A DNA stretch of 64,000 nt. Source: Octopus bimaculoides. Taxonomy: Eukaryota. This document shows, piece after piece, positions 1-12,272 of the stretch. The notes beneath the pieces are model-generated. The model saw nothing but the letters and a program-made list of their open reading frames with translations. It was not told the DNA's origin and did no database searches. The translations under genes and the position numbers were made by a program. Location of the stretch: NCBI RefSeq assembly GCF_001194135.2, contig NC_068989.1, positions 88,260,218 to 88,324,217 on the forward strand, written 5' to 3'. Within the stretch, counting starts at the first letter, position 1. Each line of letters starts with the position of its first letter.

Positions 1-273
1 GCAGAAAAATTTCCCTAAAATCACACATCACATGACTTGAACGCAGAAGGACACTTTCAACAATGTAATTCTACAACACTATGTTTGAATAAAAGGTGAG
101 TTAGTCATGACTGGAATGCCTTTGATCACAGATCGACCTGATTAGAGATGTCTCGGGGATATAAACAATGATTATGACACAAATAACACAATAAAAACGA
201 AACACAAATATAGAAATAAAATAGAGATAAATTAATAAAAAAAAATATTCTAAACCGAACGAGAATCGTAATA

Positions 274-790
274 TTGGTAAGCAAAACACATAGATTTGTG
301 GAAGCTGTTGTGGTTATGATGATGGTGATGCTGGATTGTGATGGTAATGGATATGGTGGTGGTGGTGGTGGTGGTGGTGGATTTGATATTGGAGGTGATG
401 GTGGTGGTAGTGGATATTGTATTATATTGATGCTGGTTGTAGAGATGATGTTGGCAATGGAATCATTGATGGTAGAAATTGAGGCTGTGGTGATGGTGGT
501 GATAGGGGTGGTGGATATAGTATTGGTGGTTATGATGATGATGGGTGCTGATGGTGATGGTGACAATGGCGGTGGTGGTGGTGATGATGATAACGATGAT
601 AGTGATGCTGATGCTGGAAGTGGTGTTACTGATCACAGCACCAATGACTATGATGGTGGTGATGAAGGACACAAGCAATGTTGTAAGAGATAAGATACGA
701 CAATGGTGACGACGACGACGATGATGATGAGGATGATGAGGAGGGAGGAGGATGAGAAGAAGAGATGACAGTAAACTACACAATAGGATA
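274..790. repeat. Compound (GGT)n/(GAT)n/(GAC)n trinucleotide low-complexity tract
   Basis: Seen directly; it explains the Gly/Asp/Met/Pro/Ile-rich ORFs in the track. Confidence 0.95.
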
Positions 791-1699
791 AATACAGCGG
801 AAGATGACAGAGACAAGAGGAGGTAGAATATATGTGGAAATATTTTTAGACAATTCCACTAACATAGATAACAACAACACTTTGTTTTATCAGCTCACAT
901 CTTTAGCACTTTCTCAAGAGACCTACTACTACCACTGCTACACACTGAGTGTGTGTGGATATGCATGTGTGTTTAAGAGTGTGTATATATTTGTGTGTGT
1001 TTATTCTTATGTATGTTTTGTATGACTGTATGTATTGTATATATATCTGTGTGTGTGTATAATAATACAATAGAATATATAGCAGACCATAACTTGTTGT
1101 TGTTGTTAAGCTCCAGGTCAGAGCTAATCAAACAGGCAAAGGTATTCCAATTGTGACCTCTGTCTTTTTAAAGGCATGCAGGACCACATTACACAATGTG
1201 TCCCATTTTTATTTGATAACAATAAAGCTTGATAAGGTAGCAAGCTGGAAGAACCATTACCATACCACCGAAAATTGCTCAATGGTATTTCTTCCAACTT
1301 CACATTCTGCGAGCAAATGTCACAGGGATTGACTTTGCCTTTCATTCTTTCGGGGGTGGCAAAAAAAAAGACCAGCTGGACACTGGGGGTTAATGGAATT
1401 GATTTGCACCATCCCTTGAAATTGCTGGCCTTGCACCAAAATTTGAAACCAATATAATAAGGTGTGTTCTGAGGAGATTTGGCTGCCATTTCTAGCAACT
1501 ACTCCAATAACAGTTGGCTTGACTATAACTAGTGCAGTATACACTGGTTTTATTTACTTACACAACTGTCACTAGGATGGACAAGTGGATAGGGAGTTTG
1601 CTGGACAAACACCAACAACCAACAGGCCTTTGGTTCAGTTTCAGCCCCATACCCTGTGAAATGGGCATTATATTGTGTCTGCACTCCATTATCATCATA

Positions 1700-1935
1700 A
1701 TCATCATTGTTATCATCATCAACACCATTTAACATCTGCTTCCCATGCTGGCATGAGTCAGACAGTTTGACAGGATTCAATGAGCCAGACGTCAGCACTT
1801 GGCACCAATGTCTGCTTTGGCATGGTCCTCTACAAATGGATGACCTCTCTAATGCTGGCCACTTTACAAAATATATTGATGCTTTTCTCATGGTACCACT
1901 GCCAGTGAGGACACCAAGTAACATCATCATCATTT
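1700..1935 (-). mobile_element. SINE-A (RTE 3'-tail element), diverged
   Basis: (CAT)n followed by TTTAACATC..CCATGCTGGCATG, the reverse of the family tail. Confidence 0.8.
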
Positions 1936-2256
1936 AACATCTGTTGTCCATGAAAAGTAAAATTGGCATCAGTAGGGTTTGAACTTAGAGCCTACTGTAC
2001 CAGAGCAAATACTATAACGCACTCCGTCAGATGCTCTCACAACTCAACCAATTCACTCAGTCCCTTGTGTTTTAGTTTGCAGCTGGGATTTAAGGGATCC
2101 CTTCTCGTTGCAGAGAATTTTACAGAAAGATGCAAATGTTTCAAATATTTGGGCCCCAACCATTTTACAGATGAAGATTGCTTTAATTTCTTAAAGAAAA
2201 GTTTGATTGTTGTTGGTGGTGGTGGTGTTAGTAAAATTCAGGTTAGTTCTGACTCG

Positions 2257-2550
2257 GTGAAGGCACGTGGCTTGTGGTTAGGGTATTTGGTTCACAATCA
2301 TAAGGCCACGAGTTCAATATCTGGCAGTGTGTGTTGTGTCTTTGAGCAAGACACTTTATTTCATGTTCCTTCAGTCCGCTCAGCTGGCAAAAGCCTTGTC
2401 ACATTCTGTGTCACACTAAATCTCCCTGAGAACTATGTTAAAAGTATGTGTGTCTGTGGAGTGCTCAGCCACTTGCACATTAATTTCATGAGCTGGTTGT
2501 TCCGTGGATCAGATCAGCTGGAACACTTGTCGTCATAACCGATGGAGTCC
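2257..2550 (+). mobile_element. SINE-D, near full length
   Basis: tRNA-like head GGCACGTGGCTTGTGGTTAG..GAGTTCAAT, then TTGAGCAAGACAC body; homologous to 5588-5905 (reverse). Confidence 0.8.
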
Positions 2551-2588
2551 CACTTCAGCCAATTAGTCCTGACCGAGCAGATTTACAA

Positions 2589-2812
2589 TTAACCCTTTAG
2601 CATTTAAGCAAGACACCTCCATCCCAAATACTCTCGCTGTTTTATGTTCAAACTGGTCAGATCTGACCTACCACACCCATCCGACAATTTCATTCTAAAA
2701 ATAAACAATCACATCACCGAAAGTTACAAGACAATATTCATGGTTAATTCAAAATAATGTGAATAAATAAGCATTACCTTTGACAGAATAATTTGAATGC
2801 TAAATGGTTTAA
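2589..2812. mobile_element. piggyBac-type MITE
   Basis: TTAA-CCCTTTAGCATT...AATGCTAAATGGT-TTAA termini; a second copy lies at about 57952-58142 in the opposite orientation. Confidence 0.8.
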
Positions 2813-2869
2813 GGTATATTCAACCATCTTTCCCAACATGTTTTCAGATACAGTGTATCTAGGTTTTCT

Positions 2870-3124
2870 GCTTCTAAAGAGGTAGATTTGGCTGCTATTT
2901 CTGGCAAGCTCAGTGACTACTTAGTGACTTCTTCATTGACAGCTAGATTAAATTCAATATTTAATATGTGCTTTTTCTAAAGAGGTAGATCTGGCTGCTA
3001 TTTCTGGCAAGCTCAGTGACTACTTAGTGACTTCTGCAGTGGCAGCTAGATTAAACTCAATATCTAATATGTGCTTTTTCTAAAGAGGTAGATTTGGCTG
3101 CTATTTCTCACAGGTTCAGCAACT
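2870..3124. repeat. About 2.5 tandem copies of a ~106-bp unit containing the GATTTGGCTGCTATTTCT repeat fragment
   Basis: CTAAAGAGGTAGAT(T/C)TGGCTGCTATTTCT occurs three times at ~106-bp spacing. Confidence 0.9.
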
Positions 3125-3132
3125 GCTTAAAG

Positions 3133-3602
3133 CAGTGGTTCTCAACCATCTTTTACCTGTGGAACCCTTTGATTCCCATTTTACTCTGGTGAACCCTCAC
3201 AGCCATTTGATGTTTAAAAAAAAAAAAACCATTATACTTTCATTATTAAATATTATTAAGGCGGCGAGCTGGCGGAATCGTTAGCAGGCCAGGTGAAATG
3301 CTTAGCGGTATTTCGTCTGTCTTTACGTTCTGAGTTCAAATTCCACCGAGGTTGACCTTGCTTTTCATCCTTTCAGGGTCAATAAATTAAGTACCAGCTG
3401 CATACTGGAGTCGATCTAATTGACTGGCCCCTCCCCCAAAATTTCAGCAGAAAAGATTATTAAATATTACTAGGAATTGTATTAAAAAATTAAGATATTT
3501 TATGTATTGTAGAAATATAACCAATATATTACGTAAAAATTTTAACAACATAATCTTACAGGGACCACCAAGGGTCAAACGGACCCTAGTTGAGAACCAC
3601 TG
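3133..3602. mobile_element. hAT (Charlie-like) MITE with perfect 8-bp TSD
   Basis: TIRs CAGTGGTTCTCAAC / GTTGAGAACCACTG; TSD GCTTAAAG at 3125-3132 and 3603-3610. Confidence 0.92.
3260..3460 (+). mobile_element. SINE-C nested inside the hAT MITE
   Basis: GGCGGCGAGCTGGCGGAATCGTTAGC head, GAGTTCAAATTCC box-B-like motif; flanked by duplicated ATTATTAAATATTA. Confidence 0.88.
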
Positions 3603-3829
3603 GCTTAAAGGCCCCTTCACTGGTGGCTAAATTAAGTTCATAAAAGGGTCACACCCTTAGCTAGGCAAAATGGTGTACGTGTGTATAGCAAGAAGACTAA
3701 GCAGCACAAGAGTAACATGACTCAGCTGCTATAAATACCACCACAGATCAGTCCTCATTTATATTATGTACAACAGGTCAGTGAAATAGCCAGAATATAC
3801 TCATCATGCGTGTGTGTGTGTGTGTGTGT

Positions 3830-4150
3830 GTAGAGGCAATGCTGATGTGGCTGCGTGGTTAAGAAGCTTGCATTGCAGCCATGTGGTTCCAGGTTCAGTA
3901 CCACTGCATGGCACCCTGGGCAAATGGTTTCTACTACTCCTCCAGATTGATCAATGCTTTGTGATTGAATTTTGTAAATGGAAATTGTATGGAAACCTGG
4001 CGCGCGTGCGTGCGTGTGTAAAGGCAGTGCTGATGTGGTTGTGTGGTTAAGAAGCTTGCATTGCAGCCATGTGGTTTCAGGTTCAATACCACTGCATGGA
4101 ACCTCATGATTGTGAACCCGGTACTCTAACCACTGAGCCATGCACCTTCA
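3830..4150. mobile_element. Two tandem SINE-B heads (+) and a SINE-D head (-)
   Basis: GTGGTTAAGAAGCTTGCATTGCAGCCATGTGG occurs twice; reverse head AACCACTGAGCCATGCACCTTCAC. Confidence 0.75.
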
Positions 4151-4152
4151 CT

Positions 4153-4183
<31 letters not shown>

Positions 4184-4384
4184 CAAAGCTACCGCAGGGG
4201 CCAGTCCTTATTGTTGTGTTGTGACTTGTATGCCTTAATGACCCTAAGAGCTAAACCAGTGGAGCACAAGCTCCTGGTGAGTCCTGGACAGGTCAAAGGA
4301 CAGAGGTTAGACTAATATGGATCACTTCTCCCCAGAGGTAAAAATGGGCTTGCATGGGGGCCAATACTCCTATCCTTTAGCATT

Positions 4385-4770
4385 TTTAATGTTCTACTTG
4401 TTTCAGTCTTTAGACTGCAGCCAAGCCAGGGGATTGCATTGAATTTTTAGTCAAATAAATCAATCCCAGGACTTATATTTTTATTTTTAAACCTGACTTA
4501 TTCTATCAGTCTCTTTTGCCAAACCACTAAGTTACAAGGACATAAACACACCTATACTGGTTGTCAAAGGGACAAAGACAGACAGACAGACATACACACC
4601 CACATACAGCGGATTTCTTTCAACTTCCGTCTACCAAATCCACTCATAAGGCTTTGGTCAGCCTGAGGTTATAGTATAAGACCCTTGCCCAAGGTGCTAC
4701 GCAGTGGGACTGAACCAGGAACCGTGTGGTTGGGGAGCAAACTTCTTACCACACAGCCACACCTGTGCCT
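4385..4770 (-). mobile_element. SINE-B, full length
   Basis: Tail ACTTGTTTCAGTC, CA/GACA spacer, TCTACCAAATCCACTCA(T/C)AAGGCTTTGG, head TTCTTACCACACAGCCAC. Confidence 0.88.
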
Positions 4771-5117
4771 AGTATGTAGATAATGGCTGTGGACAGGCGT
4801 TCACTGAGGCTGAAAAGAGATTGTAATGCGACAAAAAAAAGATTGCTGTACGAAGAAAATGCGCAGCAGAAAGAAGGACTGCTCCAAGTAGACACAACAG
4901 AGAGACTAACTATTGAATGCTGAGGACAGAATACAAGAACACCAGGTAGATAAAATATGGCTAATAAATATAGATTGTCACTAAATTAGCACAGACACCA
5001 ACTCTTTTATTTGACTCTCATACATTTCATAATAACCTAATTTTGATCTTTCATTACAAAGGAAAGTAAATGGAAAAATAAAAACAACTTTTTTCAGGTA
5101 CAGAAACAAAGAAACAA

Positions 5118-5152
<35 letters not shown>

Positions 5153-5320
5153 CATCAACATCACCAAGGTCAACTTTGTTGTTCATAATTCTGAAGTCAA
5201 TAAGACTTGAAACAAGTTGATTTAGTTGATAGTTTCCTCGCACAAGTAACACACAGCATAAATTTGTGTAAGGAAACTATTTTCACTATTATTATTATCA
5301 TTATTATTATTCTTATCAAA

Positions 5321-5555
5321 GGCAGCGAGCTGGCGGGATCGTTAGCACGCCAGGCAAAATGCTCAGCGGTATTTCGTATGTCTTCATGTTCTGAGTTCAA
5401 ATACCGCCAGGGTCAACTTTGCCTTTCATCCTTTCAAGGTCAATAAAATAAGTACCAGTTGCGCACTGGGGTCGATGTAATCGACTATCCCCCTTCCCCA
5501 AATTTCATGCCTTGTGCTTACAGTAGAAAGCGTTATCATTATTGTTATTATTATT
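5321..5555 (+). mobile_element. SINE-C
   Basis: Family head and (ATT)n tail; preceded by (ATT)n. Confidence 0.88.
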
Positions 5556-5587
5556 ATCTATCTCTCTGTATAAATTATATAAGAAAC

Positions 5588-5905
5588 TGACACTCCATCA
5601 GTTATGACAATCGCGGTTCCAGTTGATCTGGGTTCAATGGATCAGCTTGCTCATGAAATTAACGTGCAAGTGGCTGAGCACTCCACAGACACATGTAGTT
5701 CACTGGGAGCTTCAGTGTGGCACAGAATGTGACAAGGTTGGTCTTTTATGAAATACAGGTACTACTCAGTTTTACCAGCTGAGTGGACTGGAGCAACGTG
5801 AAATAAAGCGTCTTGCTCAAGGAAACAATGCGTCGCCAGGAATTGAACTCACAACCTTACGATCATGAGCCGAATGCCTTAACCACTAAACCATACGCCT
5901 TCACA
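5588..5905 (-). mobile_element. SINE-D, full length
   Basis: CCAGCTGAGTGGACTGGAGCAACGTGAAAT..CTTGCTCAAGG..GAATTGAACTC..TAACCACTAAACC. Confidence 0.85.
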
Positions 5906-6377
5906 TACATATATTTTCTACACATTGCAGGTGAGGAAATAAGTTGTTACTATCTCTAGCAGTCGAGTAGCAATCATTGATAAGACCAAGGAAGGTCAAA
6001 ATCACATGATCTGGTGGTCTCAGTGCTGGAGGGGGCAGGGATTTATCTCCCCGCAAGCGATATAAACAGGAGTCCATTCTGCACCAAAAACCTATCTAAG
6101 AGTTTCTCTCGTGGTATCCACCGCAGTATAGTTTGTTCTAACAGAGTATCTACGCTCAAGGTGGGGGGGGTAGTATTACCTCATGGAACTCCCAAGAATA
6201 GTAGGAGAAGAAAATTGGTGAATAGATGGAGTGTGATTTGAAGATTTGGCTGCTATTTCTAGCGGACCCAATGACTGTCAAGAGCCCCTTACTGATTGAT
6301 AAAAAAAAAAAAGAAACTTGGCAAGGATGGAATTGAAATGTTCAATTGAATTTTTCTACCAGTACACACCTGGTATC

Positions 6378-6730
6378 ATCATCATCATCACCATCACCAC
6401 CACCACCACCATCATCATCAACATCGCTTAACATCCATTTTCCATGCTGACATGGGTTGGATGGTTTGACTGAGGTCTGGAGAGCCAGCAGCTGCACCAG
6501 TCTCCAATCTGATTTAGCAATGTTACTACAACTTGATGCCCTTTGCTAACGCCAACCACTCCAAGAGCATAGTGGATGCTTTTTATGTGCCACCAGCAGG
6601 GGAACCAGTCAGGGGACACTGACACTGACCACATTCGGATGGTGCTTTTTACATGCGACTGGCACAGGAGCAAGTCAGGGGACACTGGCATCGACCACGT
6701 TCGGATGATGCATCTTACATGCCACCGGAA
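6378..6730 (-). mobile_element. SINE-A with internal sub-repeats
   Basis: (CAT/CAC)n, TTAACATCCATTTTCCATGCTG..GATGCCCTT..TAACGCCAACCACTCC, duplicated GGGGACACTG..GACCAC(A/G)TTCGGATG. Confidence 0.88.
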
Positions 6731-6849
6731 TGCAAGCCAGTCACTAATCCATCAAATGAAATTATAATATTAATCATCAATCTCAGGGGACCCTCAAGGA
6801 CCATGGACACTGCTCCTTTCATCCAAACTTGAGCAAGTAAATTAAATAA

Positions 6850-7160
6850 ATGGTACCTCGAGCAAGTGTCTTCTACTATAACCTCAAGCCAACCAAAGCC
6901 TTGTGAGTGGATTTGGTAGATGGAAACTGAAAAGAAGCTTGTCATATGTATGCCTCTTTGTGCTTGTGTCTGTCTCCCACCATTGCTTGACAACCAATGT
7001 TGGTGTGTTTATCTCCTCGTAACTTAGCAGTTCAGTCAAGGGGACCGATAGAGCAAGTACCAGGCTTTAAAACATAAGTCTTGGGGGTCAGTTTGTTTGA
7101 CTGAGATTCCTCAAAGCAGTGAGTGACCCAGCAGGGCCACAGGCTAATAATGGCTGAATC
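6850..7160 (+). mobile_element. SINE-B (5'-truncated)
   Basis: GCAAGTGTCTTCTACTATA..CCAAAGCCTTGTGAGTGGATTTGGTAGA plus tail. Confidence 0.85.
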
Positions 7161-7446
7161 AAGGAAAAATATAAAAAGTATTAAAAAAAAAAAACCTTGA
7201 ACAAATGCAAAAAAAAAAAAAAAAAAAAAAGAAGTCAGCCATAGGAGGACTTGAAGCCACAATGCAGAGAGACAAAACTGAATGCACCACCAAATAAATA
7301 AATAAATAACAATGATGATGGTGATGGTGATGATGATGATGATGATGATGATGATGACTATTCAAAATTGCCATATACATCTAAATCCTCTGAAGTTCTG
7401 AATAAATTGCTAAGTAGAAATAATCCAATATTGAAAATCTACGTAC

Positions 7447-7470
7447 AACATATTCTATATCAAGACAACG
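7447..7470 (-). CDS. Candidate 24-nt exon (RCLDIEYV in phase 0)
   Basis: Acceptor ctcctcttctaaccag with a CTAAC branch-like motif, donor GTACGT; directly beside an N gap. Confidence 0.2.
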
Positions 7471-7949
7471 CTGGTTAGAAGAGGAGTGNNNNNNNNNNNN
7501 NNNNNNNNNNNNNNNNNNNNNNNNNNNNNNNNNNNNNNNNNNNNNNNNNNNNNNNNNNNNNNNNNNNNNNNNNNNNNNNNNNNNNNNNNNNNNNNNNNNN
7601 NNNNNNNNNNNNNNNNNNNNNNNNNNNNNNNNNNNNNNNNNNNNNNNNNNNNNNNNNNNNNNNNNNNNNNNNNNNNNNNNNNNNNNNNNNNNNNNNNNNN
7701 NNNNNNNNNNNNNNNNNNNNNNNNNNNNNNNNNNNNNNNNNNNNNNNNNNNNNNNNNNNNNNNNNNNNNNNNNNNNNNNNNNNNNNNNNNNNNNNNNNNN
7801 NNNNNNNNNNNNNNNNNNNNNNNNNNNNNNNNNNNNNNNNNNNNNNNNNNNNNNNNNNNNNNNNNNNNNNNNNNNNNNNNNNNNNNNNTCACTGCCAACA
7901 ATAACTACAACTGAATCAGCACACACACACACACACACACTCAACTTAC

Positions 7950-7960
7950 ATTTTTAAATA
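7950..7960 (-). CDS. Candidate 11-nt microexon TATTTAAAAAT
   Basis: Acceptor tttttttcatttttaactcttttcag, donor GTAAGT, no AG for 110 nt upstream, (TG)n directly downstream. Confidence 0.45.
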
Positions 7961-8699
7961 CTGAAAAGAGTTAAAAATGAAAAAAATATATATATATATG
8001 TATATATGTATTTGAAAAAATGCATGGAAGCGTTACAAATCAAAATGGTAGACATCAAACACAGTTTCATTTCTTAGTTTGCTTCCTGCTTTTGTCGAAC
8101 TGTTGCCGCAAAACGCAACAAAAGACATTTGACCAGAGGCAATCAGAGCCACATCCAGTCCTCACAAATGTAACACAACAACGCAACTGCCTGTGTCTTC
8201 TCCATTGCCCCCCCTCCCGCTACAATCAATGGTCTTTGTTCTCTGAACTGGCAACCTTCTCCACCACTCCCATCCCCATAGCCTTCCCCTATTGTATCTC
8301 CCAACCAATTCCATACCAAGCACTTTCCCCAATCCATCTTTCTCAGGGTTGCAACCCTATCGATTAACTTTTGAACTTTTTCTTCTCGTTAACCTTTGAA
8401 CTTTTCTTCTCTAACATTAGGCATAAGTGTGGACGTGTGGTAAGAAGTTTACTTCCCAAGGGCATGGCTCCCAGTTCAATCTTACAGCATGTCATCTTGT
8501 GCAAGTGTCTCCTAATACAGCTATGGGTTGACCAAAGCCTTTTGAGTGGATGTGATAGACAGAAACTGAATGAAGCCTGCTGTATGTATGTGGGGTGTGT
8601 GTGTATAAGATGCCCGGGTACAAACAGCTATTCTACATGGCAGTGAGACATGGGTTGTGACTTCCGAGGACATGCAATGTCAGTGTGCTTATATGACAG

Positions 8700-8770
8700 A
8701 GTGTCAGTGATTTGAGAGAAGAACTGGGTGTACAAGGCATCAGATGTAGCATACAAGAGAGAAGACTGCA
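8700..8770 (+). mobile_element. RTE LINE ORF2 C-terminal fragment
   Basis: Translates REELGVQGIRCSIQERRLHWYSHV, the RTE-type RRLxWxGHV motif. Confidence 0.75.
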
Positions 8771-8858
8771 CTGGTACAGTCATGTACCTCCTACTATAGC
8801 CCTGGTCAACCAAAGCCTTGTGGGTAAATTTGGTAGACAGAAACTGGAAGAAGCCTGC

Positions 8859-8895
<37 letters not shown>

Positions 8896-8924
8896 GCGTG
8901 TGTGTATATATAAATATGTATGTA

Positions 8925-9315
8925 TCCGGTTTCACCAGTCCTCAGTCAAATCGTCCAACCCATGCTAGCATGGAAAGCGGACGTTAAACGATGATGATGA
9001 TGATGATGATGTGTGTGTGTATATATATATATGTATGTATGTATGTATATATGTAAATTAAGAAAGGGAGTTAAATTTGTTCACATTGAAAAAATATACA
9101 TACACACATATATATGTAAATATACATATACATGTATATACATATATATATATATAAATATACATATACATGTATATACATATACATATATACATAAATA
9201 TACATATACATATAAATATATATACATACATATAAATGTATGTAGATACATATATACATATGTATATATTTATATATGTATATATCTATCTATGTATGTA
9301 TATATATTTATATTT
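8925..9315 (+). repeat. SINE-A 3' end followed by a long (TA)n/(TACA)n microsatellite
   Basis: CCAGTCCTCAGTCAAATCGTCCAACCCATGCTAGCATGGAAAGCGGACGTTAAAC(GAT)n, then a TA-rich tract. Confidence 0.88.
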
Positions 9316-9317
9316 AT

Positions 9318-9388
9318 AGAAGAATGGTTAGTGAGAGCTGTGCGAGCCATGTACAGAGATGCTGCCAGTAAGGTGAGGGTTGGAAATG
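9318..9388 (+). mobile_element. RTE LINE reverse-transcriptase fragment
   Basis: Translates EEWLVRAVRAMYRDAASKVRVGN; truncated by an N gap. Confidence 0.8.
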
Positions 9389-9734
9389 NNNNNNNNNNGA
9401 TAACCATATATACACACACACACACACACATATATATATACATACATATATACATATATATATACATACATATATAATTTTTAACCACCATTTCTGCTCC
9501 TTTACCCTATTCCCTCTTTCATATTTACCCTGTACCTTGAGCCCACCCCTCACTCTCTCTCTCTCTCTCTCTGCAACTGGGGAAGCCATGTATTCTCCTC
9601 TTTAGCAAGACAATTGTTCCTGACCCTCTGTCATATTTTCATATCCCTCAATACAACGACCTCTACTTAGATAAAGGGGTTTTGTCCAGCAAGCACTTAA
9701 TGGCCTCACCAGTGAGTGACAGGGCCATGAAGAA

Positions 9735-9915
9735 AGCACCTGGTATGGTCTATAAAGTGGTTGGCATTAGGAAAGGCAACCTGTTGTAGAAACAAAGCCA
9801 CAGCAGACACCGGAGGCCAGAACAGACTCCTAGCAAGTCAGTCCATGGCAAAACATTCAATACATTCTCTTATGGAAAACATGACATACAATGATGATGA
9901 TGATGATGATGATGT
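9735..9915 (+). mobile_element. SINE-A, diverged
   Basis: AAAGTGGTTGGCATTAGGAAAGGC..GTAGAAAC..(GAT)n. Confidence 0.8.
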
Positions 9916-10649
9916 AAACTTTTTGAACTGATTTTCTTGATCGTTTTCCTTAAACATTTAACTATGCTGTGTAAATCTTTCAAACCAATTTGCTACTTCC
10001 TCGAAAATTTTAAACACGCTATAAATAAAAATGATTTTGCAATTTTAAACACCAACGAATGATTATAATTTAAACTACTAACTAAGTAGTTGCTGCAAAC
10101 ATTCCTGCAAGGAATAGCAAATGCTAATATGATAATACAACAACAACAAAAACAAGAGATTGCAGAAGCAAGTGAAACCTCGAACAGATACTGCATATTG
10201 TGATGAAGTCATTAATTGAAACAAAAACAAAAACAAAATTAACCAAACCAATTAGTTAAAAATTATCATATTACAACGATGCCTTAGTAGTTATTGCCTT
10301 ATTTGAAATGTAATATGCAGATATTGGACAACATTAGGTTACCATGTTAGCAGACGAAGCAAGAGAGCTGCTAGAAATATCAACCAAATCTCCCTCAAAT
10401 CATACCTGGTGGTCCTAAAACAGGCAGACCACATTGGAAACACTATAAAAAATACAATGGTCATAACAGGATACTTTTGGACGTCAGTCAGCTTGACCAA
10501 GGTTGTTCTGGGGTTTAACAACAACAATAGCAGGTAGCCCTGTTGGTAAAATTGGCAGATGCCTTATAGATGTGTTTGGATTTGTTTTTGAAGTGAGACT
10601 AACCAAAGAGGTAAGTTACTGTAACAGTCAGATTACTCTGTCAAGTATA

Positions 10650-10850
10650 TCATCATCATTTAGCGTCCATTTTCCATGCTGGGATGGGTTGGACGGTTTG
10701 ACTGAGGTCTGGAGAGCCACCGGTTGCACCAGGACTCAATCTGATCTGGCAATGTTTCTACAGCTGGATGCCCTTCCTAATGCTAACCACTCCAAGAGTG
10801 TGGTGGGTGCTTTTTACGCGCCACCGGCATGGGAGCCAGTTAGGGGTACT
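10650..10850 (-). mobile_element. SINE-A
   Basis: Reverse family tail TCTACAGCTGGATGCCCTTCCTAATGCTAACCACTCC. Confidence 0.88.
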
Positions 10851-11249
10851 GGCATCAACCATTCAGATTGTTTTGAATTAATGGTACCGAATAAAAAGCA
10901 CCCATGTTGGTGTCACTTTCTGTCTACCAAATCCACTCATAAGGTACTGGATGGTCTGCGGCTAATAGTAGAAGACATTTGCCCATGGGAATGAACTCGA
11001 AACCCATATGGTTGAAAAGTGAACTTCCCGAACATATTATTTTAACACACTTCACCCTCTCACACTTGATGACTAACAAACAAGGGAACCTCTACACAGA
11101 AGATCGACTTACAAGAAATAACAACCACAGCTTCCTCAAATCATACCATGCAACCTAATACAATCTTAAGAAACAAAGACGGACACATTGAGCAATATAG
11201 TCCCTTATATGGGTAGGTATGAGAGGGTGGATCTCCATTGTTTCTTATC

Positions 11250-11585
11250 TATTTAATTGTTTCAGTTGTTTGACTGTAGCCATGCTGGGGCACTGTTCAA
11301 AGAAGTTTTAGTCAAATGAATCAATCCCAGTACTTTTCATGTAAGCCTGGTACTTATTCAATTGGTCACCATTGCTGAACTGCGAAGTCGTGGGAACGTA
11401 AGCTCACAGACACAGACACACACACACATGAACAATGAGCTTCTTTCAGTTTCCGTCAACCAAATCCACTCACAAGGTTTTGGTTGGCCTGAAGCCATAG
11501 TAGAAAACACTTGCCCAAGATGCCATGCAGTAAGACTGAAATTGGAACCATGTGGTTGGGAAGCAAGCTTCAGACCCACACAGCC
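11250..11585 (-). mobile_element. SINE-B
   Basis: Tail, CA spacer and head, as in other copies. Confidence 0.85.
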
Positions 11586-12094
11586 ATGCCAGTCAATTAG
11601 ACAAATATTCCAGGACACCAAAATAAGCTTTAAGACAACAGAGAGGTCATAGTTCAAAATCTTTAAAAATTCAAGAAACAATAACATACTCAAAGACTAT
11701 CATGTGATCATGTGATCAAGTAGACAATCGCTGATCACAATGCACTTTGTATCGTTTTCACTTTTGAATGATGCCACCCTGCTGGTTAGGTGAGCATTCC
11801 AGCTGATTGAAATGCTAGTCTTACACAGGGTTATCTATTTACAGCTGAGTGGAATATCCACGAGCGAAATGTTGATCGGAATCCCTATCACCTCAGAAGC
11901 AAGGAAGATATCCACCTCCAGCTGTATATTGTTCTAGTTATTGTTTAGCTTCAAGTCAGTCCGGGTCAGTTAGACTTTCCACTCTTTGTTTTAAATATCC
12001 AGAATTACATTGCCAAACAAGTCCTTCATTTAAAACACCACAGGGTGGAATTCGAGAGATTTGGCTGCTATTTCTAGTAGGCCTGGATCAATTA

Positions 12095-12272
12095 GACCAG
12101 GGATGCGAGACAACATTCCAGAAGGTGTGAGCAGGGCTGGATTTATAGAGTCAAAGAGGGCAATTCTGCCCTGGGCACCTTTATTCTTATATAAATTATT
12201 TCTTTAAGGGGTGCAAGAACACATTAAAAGATTTTAGAGGTGTGGGGTATAACAAAAGTTGGGAACCACTGA
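12095..12272. mobile_element. hAT MITE, partial; same family as 58352-58564
   Basis: Ends GTTGGGAACCACTG; internal GGGCACCTTTATTCTTATA..AAGGGGTGC is the reverse of the 58.4-kb copy. Confidence 0.75.

Noticed and set aside
126-816. Gly/Asp/Pro/His-rich ORFs on both strands
   Set aside because: Fully explained by (GGT)n/(GAT)n microsatellite; no splice signals or domain
5913-5936. + strand AG|GT ratchet-like site (ttttctacacattgcag|gtgagg); a similar minus-strand site near 60145
   Set aside because: Short pyrimidine tracts, no supporting host transcript on that strand, plausible by chance
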